From NCBI GenBank assembly GCA_050575255.1, contig JBNZDD010013634.1, forward strand, positions 2,238,238 to 2,302,237: a DNA stretch of 64,000 nucleotides, written 5' to 3'. Position 1 is the stretch's first letter; every line of letters starts with the position of its first letter. The position numbers and the translations under genes are program-made. Under the pieces are notes generated by a model. That model ran no database searches. It was not told the origin of the DNA and saw only the letters and a program-made list of their open reading frames with translations. This document shows, in pieces, positions 1 to 35,239 of this stretch. The DNA comes from Harriotta raleighana. Taxonomy: Eukaryota.

Positions 1-201
1 ACACACACACATACTGACACAATGACACTCACACACATACTGACACAATGACACACACACACAAACTGACACAGTGACACACACACATACTGACACAATG
101 ACACACACACACACACATACTGACACAATGACACTCACACACACACATACTGACACAATGACACTCACACACACACACACTGACACAATGACACACACAC
201 A
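1..201. repeat. (AC)n-rich minisatellite, unit approx. ACACACAC-ATACTGACACAATG
   Basis: Repeated 'tgacacaatgac' units separated by (ac)n runs; explains the spurious THTHTDTM ORF. Confidence 0.95.
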
Positions 202-295
202 CTGGCCCGAGGAGCAGTTACCAGCGACCGCCTGGAAGCGCCTCTCCGACCAGGTGCGCGGTCGGTCGGACGGTCGGTCGGATGTCCTCTCGTAC

Positions 296-410
296 CTGTG
301 ACGCTCTCTGCCGTGTCCCTGGGGTTGTCCGTGGCTACCTCAGGCTGGTTCGTGTGATTGGGAAGCGGCCCCGAGACCCCGCGACCCTCCTCGTTTCTCC
401 TTCTGGCCAT
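296..410 (-). CDS. TMEM41B: Probable TMEM41B coding exon 1 (rest of gene lies left of the window)
   Basis: CpG-rich segment; minus-strand ATG at 410 reading MARRRNEEGRG...AESVT, then donor CAG|GTACGA (phase 1, 115 nt). Identity inferred from divergent synteny with IPO7 and exon size; the N-terminus itself is not diagnostic. Confidence 0.55.
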
Positions 411-613
411 TCTCCGGAGCCGCTCAGTCAGTCAGGCGGGCGGGCGGGGAGGCGGCGTGACCTTTCACCCCTCACAGAACAAGGAGCCTTCGTAAAGGAG
501 CAAGAGACACTCTCTCAGCTCGGCAGGAGGGGAGGCGGACATCTAGCGCTACCGCTGGCTGGAGGAGGAACTGCTATTCTTCACTCTCCACTGTACAGTA
601 CAGTATACAGCAT

Positions 614-700
614 GTAATAATAATCCTTGCATTTGATAGAGCGCATTTTACATCTTATAGACGTCTGAAAGCGCTTCACAGAATATACTTAAAGTGAATT
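614..700 (-). mobile_element. 3' part of a tRNA-derived SINE split by a CR1 insertion
   Basis: Reverse complement of SINE tail (taataatccttgcatttgata...aagcgcttcacagaatatac); SINE resumes at about 1497. Confidence 0.85.
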
Positions 701-1496
701 CATTTTTTTCATGGAATGTTACGGCACAGAAGGAGGCCATTCGGCCCATCGAGTCTGTGCTTTGACAGAGCAATGTCACTTTCATTAACCCCAATCACCA
801 GCTTTCTCCCCATAACCCTGCAAACCTGTCTTCCCCAGATACCTATCCAGTTCTCTCTTAAAAGCTGCTATCGAATCAGACCTCACTACCCTTTCAGGCA
901 GATCATTCCAAATTCGAACAACTCGCTGAGTGAAAACATTTCTTCTAACCTCCCCTCTGCTTCTTTTGGTAGATATCTTCAGACTGTGACCTCGGGTCAC
1001 AGACACACCTACCAGCGGAAAAAGCTTTTCCCTATTAGCCTGTCAAAACCTTTCATGATCTTGAAGACCTCTATCAAGTCCCCTCGTAACCTTCCCTGCT
1101 CTAATGGGAAAAGTCCTAACTTCTCCAGCCTGTCCTCATAGCTAAGGTTCCCCATTCCTGGTATCATTCTCGTGAATCAACTCTGCACCTTTTCCTGTGC
1201 CTTAATGTCCGTCCTGAAGTAAGGTGCCCAGAACTGGACGCAGTACTCCAGCTGAGGCCTAACCAGTGTTTTGTATAGATTAACCATAACCTCCCTACTC
1301 TTATACTCTATGCCCCTACTAATAAAGCTCAGTACACCAAATGCCTTTTTTACTGCCTTATCTACCTGCTCTGCTACCATAAATGATTTGCTTACTTGAA
1401 AACCCAGATCTCTCTGTACGTTCACCCCCTTAAGATTGAGCTACCAAGTCTATATTGCCTCCTATCCTTTTTCCCACCTCACACTTATCCACATTG
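701..1496 (-). mobile_element. 5'-truncated CR1 LINE (ORF2 C-terminus plus 3' UTR)
   Basis: Minus ORFs 1177-1425 (RDLG...LYKTLVRPQLEYCVQFWAP) and 785-1006 (TRGHSLK...FTQRVVRIWNDLP...FKRELDRYL); CR1 3' motif gatgggccgaatggcctcct. Confidence 0.93.
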
Positions 1497-1676
1497 AAAT
1501 TGACTGTATATTGTAGGAGAAACGCAGCAGCCAATGGCAGTGTCCCACAAACAGTCGTTGATTGAAATGACCAATTTATTATTGTTTTTGAGGGATTATT
1601 ATTAGGCGTGTGGAGTAAGGAAACGTGCTTAAGGTTTCACCCTACGCGAGTGCTCTAATCACTAAGATGCAGGACT
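1497..1676 (-). mobile_element. 5' part of the split SINE
   Basis: Matches the SINE body and degenerate tRNA head of other copies in reverse orientation. Confidence 0.8.
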
Positions 1677-2020
1677 CTACAAATTACAGTATTAGAGAAG
1701 TTCTTCATTATTTTTGAATAATAATCCCCTGAAATTTGATAGAGCCCCTTCAAACTTTGAAAAAACATCTCGAGGTCTGGAAGTCTCTCAAAGTCCATCA
1801 CAGGATTTAAAGGATGTAATGTATAGTTACTGTATTTTCTAACTTCTAACTTGCAATAAAGGACTCCTGAACTAAACTGGTATAGTATTATGAAATTCAG
1901 AATTCTCCCGTTACATCATAGAACTACAGCACATACATTGCAAAATACTCTGACATCTTTTCTGGTATACAATTTTAATGCACTTGACCTTTTCACTTTG
2001 TTTGAATAACACCTGTAAGT

Positions 2021-2319
2021 GAGTCCTGTAGCTCAGCAGTTAGAGCACTTGTCTTACAAGCATGAGACCTGTGTATAAATCCAGGTAGGTCAGGGCAAAA
2101 CTCTGAGCAAGTTTCCTTACTCCACACGCCTAATAATAACCCCCTAAATTTTTTTAAAAAATTGGTTATTTCAATCCACGACTGTTTGTGGGACACTGCT
2201 GTGCGTAATTGGCTGCCACATTTTGCCCACAAATGTACAGTCAATTCACTTTACAGTATATTCTGTGAAGCGCTTTGAGAAGTTTAGAAGACTATATCAA
2301 ATGCAAGGATTATTATTAT
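2021..2319 (+). mobile_element. Full-length tRNA-derived SINE with L2-like 3' tail
   Basis: Degenerate A/B boxes, shared core gctgtgcgtaattggctgcc, tail tgtgaagcgcttt...tcaaatgcaaggat(tat)n. Confidence 0.9.
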
Positions 2320-5254
2320 AAGTTAATAAAAGCCACTATTTGCATTGTTGCTTTTCCTAACAACGTAAAGGGAGTTATACAAGTGGACAGTCAACCGAGG
2401 AAGGTATTATTGCCCTCATCCAAAATTCACTTTTCCAGCAGGTATCAGTGGTTAAAAATCAGGCACAAGAAATCCTGACTCCTTCCCCACTACCCCTTGC
2501 TGAGAGGCTGTGCTGCTGATTAGTATAATAAATCAACTGCTGCTTACAGGAAAAGTGCTGGACTGTGTATAAAACGTTCATATTTCTCAATAAGAAGTAA
2601 ATATCTTGAAGGCTTTTTTAAAACTGTGTTGTACATGAGTACTGAATTGTAGATTCATGGAAATCAGATTTCCGCATGACATCATAGTCCTGCATACTAC
2701 AAACTCCCATCATGACATGCTCTATCCTCTTTTCAGGTACAATATTTTAATGCGCTAAACCTTTTAATTTTCTCGAACAAAAAGTCTTCTTTGAAAAGCT
2801 TGCAGCCAGCAGTTAATCCCTGTCTGCCATGTGTTTCGTGATATGTATTGTGTCACTGGTGCTAATCTGTATCTGAATAGCAGAGCTTTGAGGAAAAGCT
2901 TTCAGTGGATGATCTGGTTTCAAAAAATTGTCATTCTAAATAAAGCATTGTATGATGGCTTCTCCGATGGCCTTGTGGGAAAAGACAAAGTTTGACATAG
3001 CACTAATTCATGTTCATTTAGCTTTCAATGGTTGATGCAGCCATGAGTGTTAGATAAGAAAGCTAGTCTATATTGCTGCTCCTATATCTGCATTCTTCAG
3101 TAACTTCAGCATTTGAAGGTGGAGCCAAGTGACCTCTGCAGTTCAGCCAGTTTCATGCAATGACTCTCTATTCTGACAGTATTATCACATCGTTGGCCTT
3201 CTCATGGCTCACTAAAGATGTGCATCTTATAAAATAGAACTATTGTCAAGACAGTGGAGTTAAATCAATTCAGAGAGGAGATATGGTCATTGAACAGCTG
3301 AAGACATTGAAGCATTGAGGGCATCTGGAGATATAGAAATGTCACAGAGGATGAGGGCCAAGGCTCTCCCCTCTTAGCTCCCGTTATCCTACAAGACAAG
3401 GCAATCTTCCCCATACTCCTGTAAACAGACAGCTATCTGTAACAATGGCAGTCATGTAATCCCATTGTGATAAGAAAGAATGTAAAACTATCCCAAATCA
3501 GCTGTGATCTTTCACAATGTTTAAAATAATTTAAACACATTGTCTCAATCTGAATTCAGATCAACACACATTAAAAGGTAAACGATCCCACTCTTTGTTA
3601 TCGCAGCTTTTATATACAATATTTCATTACTTATTCATCAAGATAAAAAGTGCAAACAAACAACATGTACTGGAGATTTCATATAGATCAGAAAAAACAG
3701 ATCTGATATTTATTGTCAGTTACACTGGCCCACCCAACAATGAATGTGATTTTAAAGAATGTGAGTGGACTGCCCAGAATAATTGTATCATTTGTAACAT
3801 TTAGAATATTGTAAAATGGACAACAGAAATTTATTTTTAAATATATTTCAATTTAGTCTTTTCCATAAATTCTAAGTTAGTGGATGCTACGATCATTGGG
3901 GTTATCATAGTACAGTACTACTCTCATCTAATGTCTACACAAGAACATTTTCTAGCAGGTGTCACAGAATAGTGTTTGAGGAGCTGATTTTTTTTCAGCC
4001 TGGCTGATTCACTTTTCAAAGCCTTGGAGGAAGGGATTGATCCGTAACCAATTGAAGCATCTGCTACACTGTCCCAACTGCAATCAGCTAATGAGGACAG
4101 GGGATGAAGTTTGGACTACTGAGTTTCACTCCAGGATTTACTAACTGGTCCCCTGAGTCTATTTGATTCTTGTTTGATTTTAAATTTGCACTTTTTCACC
4201 AATATTTTCTTCCTGGCTTCCCTGAAGGGTGCTACAGCCAATTATTGTGCCTGGACCGCTGTGCTGTCTGAGATGAGCTCACGCCCTGTCGACGTGAAAG
4301 ATGCTATACAAATGTAATTTTGTTGTTTGCTTGTTGTCAGCAGAGACAGGGAACCAAACCTGTGACTTTCTGTACTGCTACATGCCAAGTTATACTGCTC
4401 AGGAACGTAAATAGGCAGCCAAACCTAAGGAACTATCTTTATTCAGCAACCAACCACCTGCTGTCGACAACCACACTGGAGCAGCCCCAACCAATCTTCC
4501 ATAATAAACCAGCTCAACTCAGCAACCATCTGTCTTACACAATCAATAGCCACTTTTTTTTAAGCCCTGTTGATGCTGATACCCTTTTCAGTGGCCAATT
4601 CCAAGTGAACTGAAGTGTAAATATCAGAAATGCAGATTCCCACTAGGCTTCTAGCTCACTTACCAACGCCGTGCTGAACAGTCCACATGATGCCCGCAGC
4701 TTCCCGCCTCACCAGCAAAGTAGTACTGGTAATGGTTCTTGGAATCAAGCAGGAGTCTATAGAAAATATTTGGCCTGCAGATTAAAAAAAATATATAGGC
4801 CAGTCAACAAACCCACAAAGCCTTACTCAAATACCACCCCCTTAGAACAACAACGACTTGCATTGATAATAGTGTCCCAGGATACTTCCTGGGCCAAAGT
4901 GACCTTTACATAAAGGCCATTTGCCCCGGTTACCATGAATGGGTGCTGAAAATAGGGTTTACTGTATTTCAGGGTAAGGCGTCCAAATGTAATTTTGTTG
5001 TTGTTGTCGTTGACAAGATACTGACAGGCAGCTCTAAAGAACAAACTGAATAAACTTTGATTCAGAACAAATTATTTCCCTATCTCACTCTGACTATACA
5101 GTATATATAAGTAATCATACTTCTTCCCACCAAATACAAGGGAAAAGTTGCCAACAACAACACACACTTGTTAAGTTTCACGACCAACAACAAACACCTT
5201 CTAACAAATGGTGGGTGTGTTTGTGCTCAACCCTGAGTGAGTGAGTGGTGAGTG

Positions 5255-5470
5255 TCTGCGCTTGCGCACACCAGCACCTGGACTACATTTCCCTGCATGC
5301 CATGGGGCCGGGAAGGGGGGGCGGTGTGCACTTGTAGATGCCCGAGGGTGGAGGCTGATGGAGACTACATTTCCCAGCATGCTGCGTGGGGGGAAGACAG
5401 CGGCCGGCAGCGGAAGCGCCGGCGGGCTCGGTGGCTGATGTATCCGGGCTCCGCGCGACGCTCTTCCTTT
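5255..5470 (+). promoter_or_regulatory. IPO7 CpG-island promoter: NRF1-like site, two ZNF143 SBS, ETS core, TCT/TOP-like initiator
   Basis: TGCGCTTGCGCA 5257-5268; ACTACATTTCCCTGCATGCC 5282-5301; ACTACATTTCCCAGCATGCT 5364-5383; CGGAAG 5411-5416; CTCTTCCTTT 5461-5470. Confidence 0.8.
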
Positions 5471-5727
5471 GGCGCCGGCGGCTGTCGAGCGCGTCTCCAT
5501 GTGCGCAGCGGCCGGGACTCGGTAACTCGAGTTCACGGGAAGAAGGGCCGGGACTTTTATTTATTGTTCGTATTCATTTCGGGGAGAGAGAGTGAGAGAG
5601 AGGGAAGGAACGAAAAGAAAGAGACGGTGTTATTTTTTTAAAAGCAGATTATATAAATATCTATATAAATAATAATTAAAAAAATACCCGCGCGCGCGCG
5701 CGCCATTCTCCTCGACAGTAACTTCCA

Positions 5728-29621
<23,894 letters not shown>

Positions 29622-32449
29622 GTTTGCTTTTGATTCATTGTACTGTGTGACTGATTGTAGTGAAAGCTTGTGTTGTTCCTTCCAGTAGTGGTTCCAAAAA
29701 ATAATAAAATAAATCCGTTCTCATCCACAAAATTCACTCAACTTCCTACTACTGTACGTGGAATGGACAAAATGCCCAGAGAAGTGGGATTTTGATCATG
29801 AGAGCCCTCTGGAAAAGAAAAAAACAGGTTTCAGAGGAACATCGGCCTGAGAGAGAGACTAGTGTAAACAAATCTCCAAACCTATTGCATCATGGGAACC
29901 TGAAAGGCGAGGGGGGAATGTCAAGTTGACAACGTTTTTTTTCGTGGTTGCATTTCAGGCTAGGAAATCATTGGCTTCTGGGACAATTTCAGCACATCTG
30001 TAGTTTAGGCTAGCAGGCTCCTCCAATGTTTACATCCATAAGAGTGTTGGTATTAGTCTGGTTTTCCACATTTCAAGTTCATTTTTAATGTAAATATGCC
30101 ATGGCACGTGGATAACTTGCAAAATTGTCTCCAAATTTTCCTGTTCACCCAGGATTAAAAATGATTGTATTCAGATGTAGAGTATCGGACACAGATCATA
30201 ACACTACATAATGGCAGTTGTGTATTTGTAAATGCATAAATAGCACTTTGATATTATGAAAGCCTTCTAGCCTTCTGTATTGAATAGCAAGTTTATTTGC
30301 TGTTCTATTACAAATTTAAGGGACAAGTGGTCTAAATATAAATGGCGTCATTAAGTTTAAAAATTGTGCTCTTTGACAGAGGTGTCTTGCCTGTAGCTAC
30401 CACCTCTGATTTTGATTGGGATTTTGACTGTAAAAGTCAATGATATTCCATTGCTGCTGAAATGGAAATGCCCTCAGTGCCCTTTTTTAAGCTCTCTATT
30501 TACAAGTCTTTAAAAATTAAATTTGGATACAGTGAAATTGTTGTAAGCACTGATGAGACTAATACAGTAAACAAAGTCTATATAGAAGCATGTAAAATTG
30601 GACCTGAACATGAAGCTCTAATATTAAGAGCAGAAAAAACAAAAGTACTGTAATTGGTTGATGTGTGTATGGATGATCCATCTGTATATGCAACAAACTA
30701 TTAAAAAAAATTGGGTTGAACTTTGTTGTAAAAAGTCATTTGTGTAAATTACTTTGTTTTTTCTTTTTAAAAAAAGGGCTTTCGAGGTTAGGAGTAAAAT
30801 ACACTGGTTACCCTTTAAAGGCAAGTGTTTCTTCATGAGTAACCCGTTTTGTCATTCTCAACACACAATCCAAATTGAGATGTGCATAGCAAACAGATTA
30901 TGGTTACACTTGTGCTTATAAAATGCGGTGCAGTGTCACTTAGTGACTAAAATAAGTGTTTTAAAAAGTGAATTGGTTATCTGTTCATTGAGGTTGTAAA
31001 CCAGTTTTGGCGTCGCTGGCTAATTATCATTTGAACAGATCAACCTTGTCTTTAAGATAACGCTTAAAAAAAAATCACTATTGCATTATGCTGCACTTTT
31101 TTAACACAGGATGTGATCAGGAGGTGCCAAAGTTGAGAAATGGTGATTTTGGAATTCACTGCAGTATTGTGGCAGATGATTAAAGGTTTGAAGATGGAGT
31201 GTTTGAAGTGCAGAAAATCACGCTGGAAGGCTGGGGAATTGGACAGGAGCACCAAAGTGGCTGAAGTTGGCACAGAAGCTATTATATATCGGATCAGAAT
31301 GACAATATACATGACCAAGGATGATGAAGTTGGGACGTTTGAGTATCTACCAATAAAACAAGGCAGTGATGTCGCAGAAGAACATTAATCATTTTTGCAG
31401 ATTACTGTAACCCTGTGGTGATATTCAGTTACAAAACTTTATTTAAAAAAAATTGAGCCCTCAGTACTGAACATGAAAAGCTAATTAAATTTAACACACA
31501 ACCAGTTGGGTTGGGTTGAGGATGTTGCCAGAGTACATTGTTGTCTCTGAGAAGTGTATTTTGAATGTAGCTCTTAAAATATCAACTGCATTAAATTGAC
31601 CTTTTCACTTTGTGTCTGTGATGTCCATACCACTTTTAAACAATCCTATGTAGTTTCACTTGTGAGCAAAATATTTACATTGTACTCTGCTTCAGTACAA
31701 AAGAAATACAGTAGTAGAGGGAAATGTTATGAAATTAATGATTTAATTTCCTATTTCCATTGGATAATTGTATAGGAACTCTTGTAAAAATAGAACTAAC
31801 ATCGCAAAAAAAGCAAGGTTAATTATTTACTGTTTGCTTTACTGTGGTGTCATTATGTTTTCATTGGTATTCGTTTCCATCTTCACTGCATAATTTGAGA
31901 TTGGGTTTAGTATCAGCAAGAATATCCTGGAAAAATTTCTGGAGTTATAATGGTATTGGACTTTTGAGCTTAGTTATATTGGCTTTTAAAAAAAAATACA
32001 GACAGAATGTTATAAACAATGAACTAGTTTAACTTCACATGCTGTGGATAAATTTCAATAGCTTCTGGGTAACTTAAGTATTGTTCCTTTGGTTCCACTT
32101 CCTACTTTGAAATCTGCCACTGCTTCCAAAATGAACAAATGAATGTTAGGAGGAAGAAAATGACGAACAAAATATTTCAGATTTAAAAATATTAAGTTTA
32201 TAAAAAAAAGTTATCAATGGCTGACAAATTGGAGAATTGAGTTGTTGAAAAGTAAATTAAATTGGATAGCAGATGTGTTGGGTTATTGTATAAAGTTGAG
32301 TGCTGATTTTATTATGTAAAATTAGTCCTCATTTCAGATTCAGTGTAGAAATATAAAGTTTAACTCGTCTCATAAAATGATTCATTGTAACAAAATTGCA
32401 TCTGTATTTTATTAAGTTTGTTTACCTCAATTCATAACATTTGGACAAA

Positions 32450-32455
32450 AATAAA
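32450..32455 (+). terminator. Candidate distal poly(A) signal of IPO7
   Basis: AATAAA at the end of a long AT-rich, repeat-poor stretch after the stop codon, followed by T-rich sequence; other AATAAA near 29703 and 31352. Confidence 0.45.
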
Positions 32456-33472
32456 GGACCATTATTTTAATGGGAATTTTTCCTATGTATAACATGGTTC
32501 AAACAAAGAAATTCCAGGGTTGATCCAAAGTCACTAGCTGATGTTGCAGATTGGCAGTAAGAAAACTAAATTGATTTCAGTATCCCTTAGTTTGAAGGGA
32601 ATCTGATTCATGTGTGTCTTGAGTCCTGGACCAGGTCTTTAGTTTGCAATTCTGGCTGATTCTCAAGTGCAGAACTTAAACAAGTGCTGCAGCAAATATG
32701 CAGCTTAGTTGGAGATACCATGCAGATTTTAAATTGACATCCAATTTGTCGCTGGCGGTACACACTACCAGACATTTCTAAGACGCGAGTACTGCATCAT
32801 CCAACTTCATCAAATGCATTATAATTTATTTACATAGAACTTTCTATGGTACAAATATTTTGACACAACCCTGTTTAGAAAAGGGGGAACTACTGTATAT
32901 TTGGATTTGACATGGCTTATTGCATTAAAATGGCTCAAGGTGCTTCACACAGCAAATGCTTGGAAGTGTATTTGGCATGTTATGTAGACAAATACAGCAT
33001 TGATTTGCACAAGCAACATCTGACAGCAATGAGATTAAAGCAGCCTTAATGTTCTTGGTATTTGAATGGTTATATAGAGCACTTGTGATAATATTGCATC
33101 TTTACCATATTCTATTTAATTCCCTGGGTAATGGGGTAAGAAGGTTTAAGTGGAATGCCAAGTTGCAATTTTCTTGGGACCATTCCATACAAAATGGTCA
33201 AGGAGAAAGGAATACACATGCCTTTCCTTAAATTTTAATGGAAAATACTACTGTTGTATTAGGGGAAATTATTGCAAAACACTTGTCCTTTGTATTATGT
33301 AGTTCCTCATTTTAAAATAAAATGTATTTAATTACCTCAACCAAATTTCGTGGTTTTCCAAGGCCATGCAACATGAGGGAATGGTGTCTTTCAATTCTAC
33401 ACTATCAATAGGACCAGGAGTTGGCCATTATTTTTGATCATGGCTAATCTCTATTTATATATTGTGGACATT

Positions 33473-33813
33473 GTGGAATCCTGTAGCTCAGTGGTTAGAG
33501 CACTTGCTTTTCAGTGCCTTGGGACGTCCTCCCGACGTGAAAGGCGCTCTATAAGTGTAATTTTTTTGTTTACAAGAGAGAGACCTGGGTTCGATTTCAA
33601 GCAAGGTGAAACCTTGGACAGGTTTTCTTACATGCCTTAATAATAATCCTTCAAAAAAAATTGGTGGTTTCAATCCATGACATTGTGCGACACAGCTGTG
33701 CGCATTTGGCTGCTGCCCACATATAGTCAATTCACTTTATAAGATATTCTGTGAAGCGCTTTGAGACATCTAGAAGATGTGAAAAGCGCTATAACAAATG
33801 CAATGATTATTAT
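33473..33813 (+). mobile_element. tRNA-derived SINE with nested L2 tail in its head
   Basis: SINE head interrupted at about 33512-33569 by gccttgggacgtcctcccgacgtgaaaggcgctctataagtgtaa. Confidence 0.9.
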
Positions 33814-34029
33814 ATACTCGGTTTTTTCAGATATAAAAAGCAAAAATTGACACAAAAAACTGCTGAAAATGGCTTTGCTCAACATATGTAGTTTTCATTT
33901 GTCTAGTATGCATTATCTCTAGAATATACCCACTTGATACAATTCTAGAGAATTTTAAGCTTGGCAAATGCAAAGATTTAGGGATTCCATGGTGTACATT
34001 AGGAATATTAGGTACATTGAGACATGTTA

Positions 34030-34217
34030 TCCCTCCAAAAAAAACTACAATAATAAAATTGGTCATTTCAATCTATGACTGTGAGACACTGCTGTGCGCA
34101 ATTGGCTGCCGCGTTCCGCCCACAAATATACAGTCAATTCACTTTACAGTATATTCTGTGAAGCGCTTTGGGACGTTGATAAGATGTGAAAAGCGCTATA
34201 TCAAATGCAAGGATTAT
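34030..34217 (+). mobile_element. 5'-truncated SINE
   Basis: Near-identical to the 3' half of the 11408 copy. Confidence 0.9.
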
Positions 34218-34398
34218 ACCTTACAATGCAAAACTACATTTGTATAAACTGCTTTCACATCGGGAGGACGTCCCAATGTTATTGTTGGGGTTAGATGTCA
34301 GGTGGAATGTTGCGAAAGATAAAATATGCTGCCTTAACAAAGCAAAGAATATCCTCAATGATGGTTTCATCCACAAAATAGTCACTACGCTTTACAAA

Positions 34399-34590
34399 AA
34401 TAATAACCCTTGCATTTGATATAGCACTTTTCACATTGACATCTCAAAGTGCTTCACAGTATAACAGTATATACTATAAAGTAGGGCATACTGGGTAAAA
34501 TTGACTATATTTGAGGGTGAAACGCAGCAGCCAATTGTGCACAAGTCCCACAAACAGTCGTGGATTGAAATGACCAATTTTTTAAAAAAA
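34399..34590 (-). mobile_element. 5'-truncated SINE, inverted relative to the 34030 copy
   Basis: Reverse complement of SINE tail and core. Confidence 0.85.
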
Positions 34591-35239
34591 AATTGAGACA
34601 TTATTAGACATGAAGCACCAAAACATATCAAACGACGGGATAAACACTACGTCAAATGCAAGGACTATTAAAAATATAAATATTCATTTATAAATATATT
34701 TGGTACATAAAGATATTTATTTATAAATATATTTGGTACACCAGAAATCCTGTGTTCCTGAACCTGTTGGGTGGGGGCTGTTGGAGGAAGCAGGCTGGTG
34801 GTATTTTAAACTATAAATAATTCAGTGGTGGTGTAAACTGGGATTTTGATTACTAATATGATATACACTTTCTACATTACTGTAGGATAGTGGAGCGAGA
34901 GGACCTTTACCCGGCGAGCACACACGATGCCCCTCCCATCGATTGATGTGCCCTGACCTTGGCTGAGGTCCCTAACATGGCGTCATGCGCAATACAATAT
35001 TTGGGGCCCAACAACAACCAGGCGGAACAGACGGGAGTGGCGAGGCCCACACAGAGAGACACTGTGTTTCAATCCGACTCTTGCTATATATTTAAATAAT
35101 AACCTATCTAGGAACACTGCCCAAGGTTTAAACAAGAAGAATCTCAAATAATTAATGACATCCCGGACAAATCAGGAACTAACAAAATGGCACCCGGCAA
35201 TACCTGAATATCACCAGTGACCGCGTCTTCCCTCTCTGA

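Noticed and set aside
74-301. THTHTDTM ORF
   Set aside because: Translation of an AC-rich minisatellite
716-1141. 141-aa plus-strand ORF
   Set aside because: Antisense shadow of the CR1 fragment
34678-34740. Direct repeat of atttataaatatatttggtaca
   Set aside because: Two-copy AT-rich slippage duplication, not an array; CRISPR does not apply to this eukaryotic DNA
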